Below are positions 12,900-26,638 of a stretch of DNA of 64,000 nt, piece by piece. Source of the DNA: Squalus acanthias (lineage: Eukaryota); contig CM059432.1 in the NCBI GenBank assembly GCA_030390025.1, positions 135,038,001 through 135,102,000 of the forward strand. The letters are read 5' to 3'. The position numbers and the translations under genes are program-made. The notes under the pieces were generated by a model. That model had not been told where the DNA came from and ran no database searches. It saw only the letters and a program-made list of their open reading frames with translations. The stretch's first letter is position 1; the number at the start of each line of letters is the position of its first letter.

Positions 12900-14250
12900 T
12901 TGAGCCTGCTCCGCCATTCAATAAGATCATGGCTCATCTTCAACCTCAACTCCACTTTCCCACCCGATCCCCATATCGCTTGATTCCCTTAGAGTCCAAA
13001 AATCTATTGATCTCAGCCTTGAATATACTCAATAACCGAGCATCCACAGCCCTCTGGGGTATTAACATTCCAGGGTGTTCCCCTTCATTGCTCTAAGCAG
13101 AAGTCCAGTCCATGCATTGATCAATGAGTGTGAAGAAAAGCTTCCTGATCTAATCCTAAATTTGCCATGTATTAGTTGGAAACTGTGGCCTCTTGTCTTA
13201 CTCTCAACCAAGTAATGTTCAATATTAACTTTTTCCATACTGTTTACTATCTTATAGCCCTCTATAAAATAACCTCTCAGTTGCTTCTTCTTCAGGCTGA
13301 AGAGCTCAAGTTTCTCCAGTCTTTCTTCATAATGCAGACCCTGTGGCTCTTCTCTGCATTACTTCCCATTCCTGAATATCTTTCTTGTGTCGAGGAACTG
13401 GCCAAAGTTCTCAAGGTGTAGTCAGACAAGAGCACTTTACAGTTTGATCATGACTTACTCTGACTTGACTCCACTGATTCGGCTATGTACTTCAACATTC
13501 TATTGATTTTCCGATTGCTGCTCTTGCACGGGTTGGACATGTTGATTGTTAAGTCCAAGACTCCAGAGTCTTTATCACCTTTATCATTACCTATGTCGAC
13601 AATATTCATGCAGTATTTGTGCTTCCCATTCTTCCTTCCTTTATGCAGTACTTTACACATGTCTGTATTAAATTTCAAATGCCATTATTCAGCCCACTAA
13701 CATTTCTCATTCTGTAACCTCTGTGCTGCCTCCTCAGATTCTACTGCCCCTCCTAGTTTGGTACCATCTGCAAATCTGATCAATTTCAACGGGTTTCTAA
13801 GTTAAAGCCATTGATGTAAATTAGAAACAGTAGCGGTCCCAACACTGATCCCTGGGGCATTACATTCCGCACTTCCTCCTATCCCAGCATAACTCCGCTG
13901 GAGTGGAGCTGTTTTTTTTTATGTTCAGCCAATTTCTTATCCCTACCCAAATCTTACCCCACAGTTTAAAGCTTAACTAATAACCTTTTGTGTAGAACTT
14001 TGTCAAATACCTTCTGGAAGTCTAGGCACAACATGCTGTACCACAGTCCACTGAGAATGTCACTTCCTCAAAGAACTTGGGCAGGCAGGATCTTTGCCTT
14101 TTCAGTCCACATTAACTGTTGTTTATTAAGTTATTTTTGTACAGGTACTCTTCAAACTTACACCTGTAAATCAATCCCATTATTTTGCACAGGATTGAAG
14201 TGAGATTAATGGGCCTGTATTTGTCTGTGTTTGATTTGTCGGCCTTTTTC
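12900..14250 (-). mobile_element. CR1 fragments (3'UTR at 12900-13060; older degenerate RT at 13090-14250)
   Basis: MKFNTDMCKVLH and KYRPINLTSILCK peptides plus CR1 3'UTR motifs. Confidence 0.75.
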
Positions 14251-14640
14251 AATACCCAGTATCCAATGACTCCATCATAATGGCCGTCAATGCCACACAA
14301 ATCTCCTTTCTAGTTTTCTTCGTTATTCTGGCATGATGACCAGAAATCAGACATCACCCACCAGGAATCCCTACTATAGGAATTTTTAAACAAAGAACTT
14401 CTCCGCTCAACTCCCACTTGGCATGATGGTTGATAAACTTCTTTGGGTTATTTTAGTTTAGGAATTCAGTTTGGTGCCCATCCCTGTGCCTTGCTTTGAT
14501 TTATGAGAAAATTGAAACTGAGATGGGGGTGGTGCTAAAATGTTTGACTTTATTCTCTGATCCAGTTCTGGCTTATAGTTCACATCTGCGTCCATTTGGC
14601 CAATGTGCTTCTTTGCCTTTTCAATGTCTCTAATTTCTTA

Positions 14641-14815
14641 TGATGCGGAGATGCCGGTGTTGGACTGGGGTGGACAAAATTGAGAGGTCGCACAACACCA
14701 GGTTATAGTCCAACAGTTTTATTTGAAATCACAAGCTTTCGGAGCTATCGATCGCCCCTTCCTCAGGTGATAGCTCCGAAATCTTGTGATTTCAAATAAA
14801 ACTGTTGGACTATAA
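14641..14815. mobile_element. PLE-type family A fold-back insertion, copy 1
   Basis: Starts tgatgcggagatgccggtgttggactgggg, has inverted arms and a 12-bp TSD tctaatttctta. One complete hammerhead variant (CUGAGGA..GAAA) lies on the minus strand. Confidence 0.85.
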
Positions 14816-15219
14816 TCTAATTTCTTAACCATAAACACGCCTTTTGCAGCCGTACAACTGATATTCATGAGAATAGTGTTAATTGGGAAACAGAATATCA
14901 ACACAGCCTCATATTCTGCCTCAGTTTAGACTAAGTAAGGGCCTGTATCAAGAGGTTATAAACAGAAAGATAATCCATTTCGCAGTGGAATAATGGAGTA
15001 TTGATCATTTTTAGTCTTTAATTATGATGATCGCTAGTTCATTTTACAAATAAATGTTCTATATTGTTTTTCACAGTAATAATCCAGATTTATGAAGCTC
15101 CACCTGCTCCTCTTCTTAACTTGCATCCTCATAGGCCAGAAGTGGTGTTCCACCTCAGGAACCCACCAGTCGAACTAAAGGGCTGGTCAGGAGGAATGAA
15201 GAGAACAAAGAAAGAAAAA

Positions 15220-15995
15220 AGAAAGACTTGCATTTATATAGCGCCTTTCGCCACATCATGACATCCCAAAGCGCTTTACAGCCAATGAAGTACTTTTGAA
15301 GTGTAGTCACTGTTCTAATGTAGGAAACGCAGCAGATGGGGCTTCGGTTTAACGTCTCATCCAAAAGATGGCACCTCCGACAGGGCAGCACTCCCTCAGT
15401 ACTGCCCAGGAGTGTCAGCCTGGTATTTATGCTCAAGTCTCGTCTCTGGAGTGGAACTTGAACCCACATACATCTGGCTCAGAGGCGAGAGTGTTACCAC
15501 TGAATAATTCAGTAAATAATATGTCGCTCACCACTTGCATAATAATCACTCATCCCCACAGTAATGTGGCTTGTTTGTACAAATCAGTTTGAATACAGTC
15601 AACTTGTATGAACGCAAGAAAAAGATGCAGCGAAAGCTCGAACTACAGAGGCTTTTTTGAAACTTGAACCTGCAGTTAAAATCTAATAAAACGGGTCCTC
15701 AAAATTAAAAACACATGGTATAAATGTCCTGTAGAGCATTTCAGATGTTGTCACTTCACTGCATTTCATCATTCGTGAGTTATAAAAATGGGGTCACTGA
15801 TTTTTTTGTGTTCTTGGAGTAGGCAGTGAATATCCTTTGTTGTGTAATTAAAACTGATTATTGCTGCTAAAGGTAAATGTCTCCAAAAAGTTAATCTTTC
15901 TAAGTAGGCGTTTTTTGCAGAAAGGTGCGGTACCTGATTTATCTCCAGTAGTTTTCAAATCTTGTGAATTAATATGAGTGCTACCACTGAGCCAA
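15220..15995 (-). mobile_element. SacSINE1-like SINE with an internal deletion; head split by a ~475-bp insertion
   Basis: SINE body runs to 15503. The head remnant gagtgctaccactgagccaag resumes at about 15976. Confidence 0.8.
15504..15977 (-). repeat. Inverted duplicate of 42615-43100
   Basis: Colinear, highly similar reverse complement of 42615-43100 with small indels. Confidence 0.92.
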
Positions 15996-17659
15996 GACTA
16001 ACAAGGAGTAGGACAATTGCATTCTCAATGCCCCAACTTCTGGGAAGTTTCCAGGAACCACATCCAGGTAAAAGGTCCGAGGTAATGGGTTCTCTGCTGT
16101 ACAACACTCCTGAACATGTCACAAAGTCTCATCAATGCGTTCACAAGAGAAAATTCGCACACAAATACAGAATGGCAAAAACTCGGTGCAGCACAAACGT
16201 AAAGCTCTTTTCCAGTTGCCATGAATATCAAAAGCCTTTGCACATGTACAAATTGCATTTTGATCAAATTCCAGGTGAAAATAAATTGAAATATTGTTTC
16301 AAATAAAAACATATGACATGCGCTGCCGTTAATTGTAAAACATGATCAAAAGTTGAGCAAAGTTAATGTATGCATGCAATCAAATAATCATAGTTTATTG
16401 AATACCTTTTATGCTTTTGAAATGCAAATAACAAAATCATGCATTCATGATTATGCAGAAATTCAACCTGATTTCACACTGCAGATCTTTCGATTATTAA
16501 ATAGAAAAATTAAGCAGTAACAGGATGATTATAAAACTATTTATGCAGAAAACATGCAACTGTATACCTGATTAACAATTAAAGGTGTAATAAACACTAA
16601 GCTTATCGGAGTTTCACCCCACAAGAAAATGTATTAATCATATCTTATATCTACTAAAGCTGCGAGAGACTTACAAATGTGTGTAGGGTTTTTATGCTAT
16701 TTACAAAATTTGTGACTCACACACTTGGAAGAATTTTGACATCTTTGTAGCAGAGATTAAAATCCTGAACGACAGGTTGTATTTATAAAAGGTACTGATC
16801 TATGCTCTGCACTTGTAGCTCCGAGCTCCATGATTGGGAAGAATACACTGAGCAAGAAATGTCAGTTAATGGCTTCATTCATAGTTGCTTGTCTCTGGTC
16901 ATCATCTCCTGTATATGATTACTGTAAACTAGGTAAATACTCACCGTAGATAACTTAGAATCTCCATTATGAATCTGCAGCCGTATAAAAAATGTAACAC
17001 TCCAATACAAGTAGTGTACAACTGCTACACAAACAATTAACAGCGCCCACATGATACACGTGCTGCTGCTAACCTTATGACGCGAAGGTCACTTATATTT
17101 TAAACATAAGACATGATGCAGTATCTCGATTTTCATCAAGAAAATGTCAATATTCTGAAACAGAACACACATTCAGATACTCAGCATCTCCATTTAGCTG
17201 AATACCTGAGATTGGAAGCTTGATGTGGAGCATCACATTCACTAAAACTGTGCACTACCATTCTACGCTCCAGGGCATTGGAGTGAATAATGTATTGCCA
17301 ACCTGCTGTCCATGCGGAAATTTAAATGGAAGAAATTTAATGAAATGCCTCCACATAAAATCACATTTAGGAAACAACTAAGGGGCAGCACCAGAGTTCA
17401 TACAAAATCTGTATGGACCTAATTGCAACAATGAAAACCGCTCATCAGGTTCCAAGCACCATGCAATATTCCTGCAACAACTATAAGGGCCTATTTTTAA
17501 AAAAATCTTTCCAAAATGCTGGAAGTCATATTGCCATCAACACCTCTTTTTGCAAAATGTTGCAAAAGTGCCATTCTTGACCTCTTTCCAAAAGTCACAA
17601 CTATTCCAAATAAATTACAGGAAGCCACAAAAGGCCAGTCAGTGGGGGAGGGAGAAGAT

Positions 17660-17793
17660 AAAGAAAGAACTTGCATTTCTATAGCGCCTTTCACGACCTC
17701 AGGATGTCCCAAAGCGCTTTACAGCCAATGAAGTACATTTAAAGTGTAGTCACTGTTGTAATGTAGGGAAACACAGCAGCCAATTTGCACACA
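17660..17793 (-). mobile_element. SacSINE1-like 3' fragment
   Basis: Reverse SINE tail. Confidence 0.8.
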
Positions 17794-18191
17794 GGTTGTA
17801 GGAGCTTCAAGCTACTGACAGCGGAAGATGCAACTTTAATGAAGTACAAAAAAATACATTGATACACGCAGAAGGATGTGCCCATTTTAAAGTGCTTTTT
17901 TTTCCTGTTGCGCTCATCATAGTCCTGTTACAGATGTTTAGCAGGAATTGTGAAAAACAAGAAAACTTCAAACTCTTGCTGTTGGTTGGCAGAAAACAGG
18001 GGCGGAGTGAATTTGAAAGTTTGGATATGCTTTGTGCTCCGATAGTGTTATACAGTTGGGACAAAAGGTTTTTTAAAAATTAAGTATCAATTAAAAATCC
18101 ACAGGATTTGACTCAGGGAGGAGAAATTGAGAAAGAACAATTAAGGACAGAAACACCAAAGAATGCTTTTAAGACTACCTATGGGAGGATA

Positions 18192-18488
18192 TGATGTGGA
18201 GATGCCGGTGTTGGACTGGGGTGGACAAATGTGAGAAGTCGCACAACACCAGGTTATAGTCCAACAGCTTTATTTGAAATCACAAGCTTTCGGAGCGCTG
18301 CTCCTTCGTCAGGTGAGTAAAGGGCAGTTAGAAAGATTAACTGTAATCATCTGGCAGTGTTCTCTGACTATATATGCTGTGCCTATATGCATCTCTTCAC
18401 TTCACCTGACGAAGGAGCAGCGCTCCGAAAGCTTGTGATTTCAAATAAAGCTGTTGGACTATAACCTGGTGTTGTGCGACTTCTCACA
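18192..18488. mobile_element. PLE-type family A fold-back insertion, copy 2
   Basis: Inverted arms of ~90 bp, ~85-nt loop, ~35-nt unpaired tail, 12-bp TSD tatgggaggata. Confidence 0.9.
18402..18438 (+). ncRNA. Minimal type I hammerhead ribozyme motif (mirror copy on minus strand at 18280-18316)
   Basis: tcac-CTGACGA-a-ggagc(agc)gctcc-GAAA-gc-tt-gtga: stem I tcac/gtga, 5-bp stem II, palindromic AAGCUU stem III. Confidence 0.8.
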
Positions 18489-20092
18489 TATGGGAGGATA
18501 GAAATAGAAGAACTACACCAAACTTAGACCCAAAATGGCTAAGCAAGGAAGTTAAAAATGGACTGTGGATAAACAGAAACATTTTAAAAGTTATGAAAAC
18601 TGAGAAGAAAGGAGTTTGAAATGTGTCTAAAATGAAAGACTACCAACAAAGGTGATCCTGGCGAAAAGAGAAAATGGAAAAAGAAAATGCAAAGTTGCTT
18701 ACAGAATAGAAAGACATGTTCTGGAGATGCTTGTAGCAGATGCTCTTTTAAAGAGGGAGAGAGGTGACATGAGGGGAGGGGAATCATTTCCTTTTCTGTG
18801 CTAGGTGCAACAAAATCACAAACCAGTTCTCTATAAATGGGTTTACGATTCAGTTATGTACATCATGTACAGAGGAAGTCTCCCCATTGATGAGGGTGCG
18901 AAGCAATGTGGTGGAGATGTAACTTTTTTTCCCACAATAGTTTCGATCATCCTTGCCAACTGTTCAAATTGTACAGGGACACTCAGTGTTCACTTGTTCT
19001 TGTTTGCGGATGAAAATCAGCACCACTCCCCACTCCTCCCCTCTCCCTATCTGATCTTCCAGTCCTGTGGGGGAAGGTGGGGGATCAAACACTACTGCAT
19101 GCTGTGGGCAGGAATTCTGCGTCTTGCAAAACTATCGCAAAAATCAGCAATTTCCACCCACAGCCTGCACCAGAGGCTCAAATCTCCCACAGCGACAGGT
19201 GGGGGGGTGAAGGGAATTATTGAGGAAGAGCAGAACTGGAGGTCAGTGTTGGACAATATCCTATAATAACTCCACATAAGGGCAATAGGGGTATATGACA
19301 ATATCCTATGTAAACCCAACAAACTGGGTGAAGAATGCCAGCATGAATTGGGGGGGGAAGGGGTGAGGAAGTGTACCTCCATGAACTAGAGGGAAAAAGG
19401 ATACAGAGTCCCTCCTTGTTACTACTACAATTGCGTAAACATTTTAACAATCAGATTTAGCAACAGAAAGTAACAAAAGCCCAAAACAGCATTTGACATA
19501 AGCAGAATATACCTGTTTCTGTGGCTCTGCAGAGAAATCGTTCAATTACTAATTGTTGTTCAGTTTTAGAATATAATTAATGCTTAATACTATACACACA
19601 GACACGGTAGGGTAGATATTGTACAATGAAAGTACCCTCTCATATACATAGTCTACTCTTAATTTAAAGTCGCTTAATTCAAATTATTTGATAATTAAAT
19701 TTTCATAGAATGATACAGCACAGAAGGAGGTCATTCGGCCCATAGTGTCTGTGCCGGCTCTTTGAAAGAGCTATCCAATTAGTCCCACTAAGCACTAAAT
19801 TCAATGTTACTTACATTGAATATTTAAATTATTGGATAATTCAATTCTTCTTAGTGTGAAACAGGACTTTGAATAATGAGAAGTAGCCTGTATTCCCCTT
19901 TAGGAAGGGAGAATACCGTGCACCTTAATGGATCCTCTGTTTTAAATGGGTAAAACCAGGAATACTTACAACACAGGGAGGCTTTTTAAAAAATTCATAA
20001 ATGTCATTATTAGCGATCAAAGAGGAGTTACTGAACGTTAATGATCATCTTATATTCCACTAAAAAAGGAAAACATATCCTATACATCTAAT

Positions 20093-20240
20093 ACAAAAGC
20101 AAAATACTGCGGATGCTGGAAATCTGAAATAAAAACAGAAAATGCTGGAAATACTCAGCAGGTCAGACAGCATCTGTGGAAGAAGAAACAACGTTAATGT
20201 TTCAAACATTAACTCTGTTTCTCTCTCCACAGATGCTGCC
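20093..20240. mobile_element. PLE-type family B short fold-back copy
   Basis: The gcaaaatactgcggatgctggaaatctgaaat arm folds back at gtttc/aaac, which deletes the hammerhead core. No TSD seen. Confidence 0.75.
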
Positions 20241-20683
20241 CTGTTAGCAAACAATATGTCATTATAATCCAGGAGCAAAAGGGTACTACCGATCTCTCCA
20301 AAGCAACGACTAACTACTGCCAGGTGCTTTGTGAAAATCACTCACATGTTGACTATAGCAGTTCAGCGATACAATGTAGGGTAGCTCCAACATGTGGCAT
20401 CATGGTAGTGGGGCCAAGGGTGCACAGCTGGATCCTCACACTGACAAGTTCTGAACTCAAGTCACATTCTTGTTTGATGTGTCAAGCAAAGGCCAGGCTC
20501 CTCCCAACAAGGGGAGTGGAAAATTCGGAGGGAGCATCTTATAGAAGGCTTCTCTCCGAAGGTCCCCCCAACGCCTTATAACACACTACCCACAGAGAGA
20601 CAAAGAGTGAAGTGTGTCGCAAGGCAGGAAGGCAGTGTTGCAATAATGTTGTAACCTACAAGAAGAAGCAACAGAGATATGTA

Positions 20684-20970
20684 GGGGGGAGTCCAAAACT
20701 AGGGGCCATAAATATACGATAGTCATGAATAAATCCAATAAGGAATTCATCGTGAGAATGTGGAACTCGCTACCACTTGGAGTGGTTGAGGCGAATAGCA
20801 TAGATGCATTTAAGGGGAAGCTAGATAAGTACATAAGGGAGAAAGGAATAGAAGGATATGCTGATAGGGTGAGATGAAGTAAGGTGAGAGAAGGCTCGTG
20901 TGGAGCAAAAACACCAGCATGGACCAGTTGGGCCGAATGGCCTGTTTCTGTGCTGTAAATTCTATGTAAT
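20684..20970 (+). mobile_element. CR1 3' end
   Basis: VRMWNSLPLGVVEANSIDAFKGKLDKY peptide and 3'UTR. Confidence 0.85.
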
Positions 20971-21851
20971 TCAATTCTATGAATCGTCTATGGTCTGCGG
21001 TTGCCCGCCTCCTGGCGGTGGCTGAGAACAGTACTGTCAGTGGTCTGGGAAGAGGTTGACCCTATGCTGCCTTAAACACAGGTGGTATGTGGCCATGGAA
21101 GAAAAGTAAGCAATTGATACTCTTTTCTCCAATCAAAAAAACCCTCTTCTTCAGCAATTTTAAGTAGCCTGCACACGAATATTTATGTTGTTCTAGCTTT
21201 CTTCAGTGATTCAAAACCTGTTTTTCATAAGCAAGTGCGCTCTCTGCCAAGAGGTACAGTAAACCTTGCAGGTGATGGGGAGACACTGCTTCCTCTCACT
21301 CAGTCTCAGAACAGTGTCCGCCACATAATTTTCTCCATTCAGAGTTTTCAGTAGTGGACTGCCAAGAGGAAATAGCTTCTCTGTAATGGGAGTCTGGCAA
21401 ACATTGAGCTGTTGCACACAAGATGAGCCTTTCAAGTAGTTTAAAATCCATAAAGGCATTTAAGTGTTTTTATTCTCCCCAGAAGTGCTCGATTATATTT
21501 TAACCTTCATTTTAATGTCAACAGCGTATAAATTGTGCAAAGATTCAGCGCTTGAATCAGGGTAATATCTTGTAGATTGCTGCTGACTCGCAGGAGCCGC
21601 TGTGAAAAATAGTGCTTTCAAAGACTGCCCAAAAGATTTAAGCTGCGAAAATCAGGGAGCCGTGCCAAAAGCAGCAAACAGCATGGCTTTCCCCATCCTG
21701 CCTGGCCGGTTACTGTTCATTACTGACATCCGTCGCTATGGATCACATTTCACCGCTATAACAAATTTCATCTGGAGTCTGATTAAAACTAAGAAACACC
21801 TTAAAAATGTAGTCAACTATCTGGTAAGGCTTTTATTCATCTTAAATTAAG

Positions 21852-22043
21852 AAAGAAAGGATTTGCATTTCTCTAGCGCCTTTCACAACCTCAGGACATC
21901 ACAAAGCGCTTTACAGCCAATGAAGTACTTTTTGAAGTGTAGTCGCTGTTGTAATGTAGGGAAACTCAGCAGCCAATTTGTGCACAGCAAGCTCCCACAA
22001 AAAAACGAGATTAATGACCAGATCATCCATTTCAGTGATGTGG
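21852..22043 (-). mobile_element. SacSINE1-like 3' fragment
   Basis: Reverse SINE tail. Confidence 0.8.
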
Positions 22044-24569
22044 ATGATCATAAATTAGATTATATGCTGTGCATGCTTCTAAAAAGTTAGGGTTAATTAA
22101 ATAACAAATGCTTCGCAGGCATTCACATTGACCTTCAGTTTCAAAGGGAAAGATTTCTTCTGAATATGAATGAAACAGGTAGTGCATCTTTTCTCTCGAT
22201 ACTGTTTACAGTTACTACTGAAGAGTTCTTTACAAGTAAATATCTATAGACTTTGCTTCATGACTTGCATTTTGTAAAAAAAAAACCCAGAGAAATGTCT
22301 TCACTGCAGAACTATATTCAAAAGAAGGTAGAGGCATCAGTAATATATCGGTGACTTATTTACCACGCTTCTATGATAATTCTCTTTATTTTCCTTTCCT
22401 CTGGCCAGTGATTAATTTTTAAATTCTAATCTGTCAAAATACGGCTTTCAATAACATATATTTCTAGCTGTAAGTCTCTGATGTATTTGGGGTGTCTCCT
22501 GGCTCCTTTAACTAACAAACACAAAGGCTTCTCTCTGACTGTTCTGCACACGTGTCAGCTGTACAGTTGCCTTAATTGCAGTTAGGAATCACTTAGAGCC
22601 AAGTACTACTTCAGGATTTATACAGAGTGGTATCAAATAACGACAAGCATATCTCCCTGGTAAGCAGATTGGTTGCACTCACTTCTATCAGACACAGCCA
22701 GACAGCAGTCTGCTGAGTAGTGCAACCAGATTTATTTTTTTTTTCTTCGCTGGAACTTGTGGCTTAGGCATTTCTAGATTTTTCTTTCGAGCTTGCTGCA
22801 AACGCTCACTGTTTTCCGGAACTTACTTCCTGCCATATCTAAAATAACACCAGCTGCAGCGCTTTGATAGAAAGGAATCCCATGGTAAATACACAGAGAG
22901 ATGGGGTGGGAAAATGCTACTTATTAGGGAACTGATAACATTTATCATATCAAGTTCACATTTACAAAATGATAATGTCAAACGCAATTAGTGCTACATA
23001 CTGTGAAAGAAAACACTGAATTCTAGTGATTACGGATACAATCCCAAATCATAGCTATACTACACATTAATCTGGTATTTCGTATGTAATATGGAAGTGG
23101 AGCAAGGGAGTTCATTTTTTTTGCTTGGAATTTTCTGTATTAAGTGGCAGTACTATTGCTAGGGATGAGCAAACAGTCGCCATCAAATCTGGATTAAATA
23201 TGAATAGTTAAACTTGCCATTTCCTCCACCAGCTCAGTAACAAGGTAAAAATCTGGCTCGGCTTCAAGTTTCCATTTCATCATCTTGAGAGGGGAGGGAA
23301 GAAAAGAGCTTATGTGAGAGCAAAGTTTTTGAAGCTCGGTCTGGCTCAGTTCACTGAACCACTGAAGTTTGGATAAGCCTCGGTTTTCACTTATCTGACA
23401 CATTGCACATTTAGAGCTGCAAGATGGAATTTCCCTCCACCGATTATGATGGGGTGGACGGGGGCGGGGGAGGGGGGGGAGAAAGAAGATGGAATTCCAA
23501 CTTTAATAGCCCTTTACCTGTTGTTGTTGCTTTTGTAGGCTTGTACCTAGACATCTACAGTGGATTACAAGGCATATTTTCCCCTTTGAATTGCAGTGAT
23601 TATTCAATCTTTTAAAAAGTTTTTTTCCCCGATAACTTGACAGCCTCATTTCTAAACAAGCAATCAATACTAGCTGTGTATTATATTCCTCTCTCTACTC
23701 CTTCAGTTTCTTTAGATTGCTATGTCCACAAATAGGATAAAGTAGGCTTCAGAATTTTCACAAGAAAAGCTATTATGGATGGGATAATCGATTTTTTACC
23801 TGTCTCTGCATTATTTTCTACTTCACTCCTTTGTAGTTCCCCTCTCTAATTGTGAATTCAGTTTCATCCATTATAGATTTCCTTTCCTATTAACAATTCT
23901 TTGGGAAACTTAACTAAGGTATAGCAAGGCAATCACATCAAGAGTTCCTGTTTTAACCATAACAAACAATACTGGTTCACTTTAACATATTTTTATATTC
24001 GATCTTATTTTTTTGAATAGGTTTGATTATTGTGAAATCTGGCAAGGACACCCTCTCAGCCCAACGATCTGCGAAAGCCAAATTGATGAACACAACTGAA
24101 GAACCTTGGGAAATGGCTACTTTTGCAATCAATGGAACTGAATATCAGGTGCTGCGTATAACGGGCGGCCGATCCGATACCGCCTGCTTTGCGCCACCGT
24201 CCGGGACGAATTTCTAGCCCAAGTATCTTCTGCCAAGCACTTCCTCCAGTTAGGTCTATTTAGTCAAAATATCTTTTCAAAAAAGTCAACAGAAATAAAG
24301 AGGGGGGAAAATAAAAAGCATTTCAATGTCACTATTAGTAAAAAATCAAAGAGTTACAAAGACTTCTGATTTAATTTTTTTAAATGTTGTCTTATATATG
24401 TTATTAAATATGCACAGTGACTGCTTTTGGTCACTTGGAATAAAAATGGTGCTTGACCCCTGGACGGAACTAAAAGTAGAGATACAGCCACTATCTTCTC
24501 TTAGCCACATGAGGTCTTTGGCAATCACTGTTTAAAACAATAAAAATATTGCTCGACAAATAATTAAGA

Positions 24570-24985
24570 AAAAGTTGCATTCATATAGCGCCTGATAATG
24601 TCTCTTAGAAATGTCTGTACACACAACAAACTACTTTCAATTGTAGCAACTGTTATTAAGGATGTAAAAGCAGAAGCCATTGTGCACACAAGATGCCACA
24701 AACACCAATGAGATGAATGAAGAGTTCATTTCTTTTTTGGTGGTATAGCTGAACCAGGAATGTTGGTCAGCTCACTGGTAGAGCACCCTACTTCTTCAAA
24801 TAGCGCACCGTGGGATCTTTAACATCGACCCAAACAGGCAGGTGAGACCCTGGCAAAACATCTCAGCTGAGAAACAGCACTTTTGGAAATGTAGCGCTCT
24901 CTCAGTACTGCACTAATATATCAGCCCAGATTAGCTGCTCAATCCCGGAATGGTATCTGAACCCACAATCTCCTACCAGAGGAGA
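24570..24985 (-). mobile_element. Old, diverged full-length DeuSINE-like SINE
   Basis: Colinear with 7299-7765 but heavily substituted. Confidence 0.7.
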
Positions 24986-25873
24986 GAGTGCTATCGACTG
25001 AGCCAAAACCCCCACAAATGATTCAAGTTCATCATAATTCGCTGTAATGCCCATTTAAAGAAAAAGAGCGCATTAAGAACGATAATAACATTTTCATTAT
25101 AGTCTTTGATTATCATCCTTTCTGGGCATTGGGGGCAGGCAGCTTCCTGGAACAGTCCACTCCAAGGACTCACTTTCGGGTCTGTCACGCAGGCTGCTGG
25201 GGAATATTTGCATAAACTTTCGCAACATGGCATTTTGTGGGTACTTTTTTTTTAAAAGTTTGTAACAATTTTTTTTTCACAATATTTTTTTCTGCAAAGC
25301 AGCAGCATCTCTGAGAAGCTTTTCTTAACTATTTCCCTTGCAGTAGGTCATACTGGAAGCTGCTGTGGCACATTATGGCTTCATTTAGAGTTTGTTTATT
25401 CTTTTAACATCTTGCCCATTCAGTGCTCGTGTCCAATGCCATTTCTGCTCACACATCTCCCTGTGGCTCATTCTGTAACGTCCCACTTTGCAAAGTTATG
25501 CAATGTATTTTCTTTTTATTATTGTAACATGGGTGGTCTTAATTTTGTGTTTAAACATCCTCAGAAGTGCAGCACATGTTGCCTGCAGCTGTGTGTACTA
25601 GAAAAGCCACATATATCAATAATGTGAAGTATTAGGTCTTACAATTAAATAATAAATATTATATTTGTTAATTTGAAATCAGATTCCAATTTTAATAGTC
25701 CAAAGAGAAATATAATTATGAAATATTTTTTGCGGGTCATTCACAGATGGGACCAAATTATTATTCACATTTTATGCTGGGGCATAGTTGCTTTGTTGGC
25801 GGTATCTCTGTCTAAATATTCAAATGAGGTTACAGGGAAGATTTCAGTCGCCAAAGTCACAAAGCAGACTGAT

Positions 25874-26638
25874 GGGAGATTTTAACTCTCTCCGCTTGAC
25901 GGAAGCTGGGAGATACCAGAGTTAAAATTGGAAGCGGTGGACTTATTGCCCCATTCTCGCTCCGCTGCCATTGTTTCCCCGAGGGCGTCTGCTGAGCGGC
26001 CAAGGCACCCGCCTGACTCAGGTGGGAGCCTCGGTAATTTATGTAAATCAGGGTCCTATGACATACCTAGGACCCCGATGCAATTTTAACAGTCTACGGA
26101 GCGGAGCATGAACTGCAGACGCTCCAGTCAGTAAAACCTGCGGTGCAGCAGAGGGGGCTCAAGAAGGCAGGCATCAAAATTAATTTGTGGGCCACAGAAT
26201 CATAGAATAGTACAGCACAGAGAGGCCATTCAGCCCATCGAGTCTGCGCCGGCTCCTTCGAAGAGCAATCCAGTTAGTCCACTCCCCCGCTCTTTCCCCA
26301 TATGACTGCAATTTTTTCTCCTTCAAGTATTTTTTTGGGTCAGGAGGAGCAGGATTGCTCCACAACAATGATGTGGGCCGCTGCTGCCCTAGGCACACTC
26401 TACTTGTCCGCCACCCCCTCCCCCGCCCAAAACCACGCCCCATGACCTACCTTTTAGCCTCCGGACCGCCTAATATTGTGCCTGAGCAGAGCCTGCGAGT
26501 CACAGTATGGCGCTCGTGAGGTACCCATAGCTTGCTGGCGGCATGGTAATGAGGCCCCGCCCTCAAAGTGGACCAGGCCTCCCACTGGCAGGATCTGGTG
26601 GCCAACTAACATGCTTCGCCCGAAAGTTAAAATCTACC
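25874..26638. mobile_element. Harbinger-type MITE containing a CR1 3' tail (26196-26330, minus strand)
   Basis: Ends gggagattttaact / agttaaaatctacc. Confidence 0.55.

Noticed and set aside
18192..18488. Family A as a classical DNA MITE
   Set aside because: The inverted repeats are not terminal or symmetric, TSD length is 11-12 bp and variable, and hammerhead motifs are present. This fits PLE retrotransposition better.
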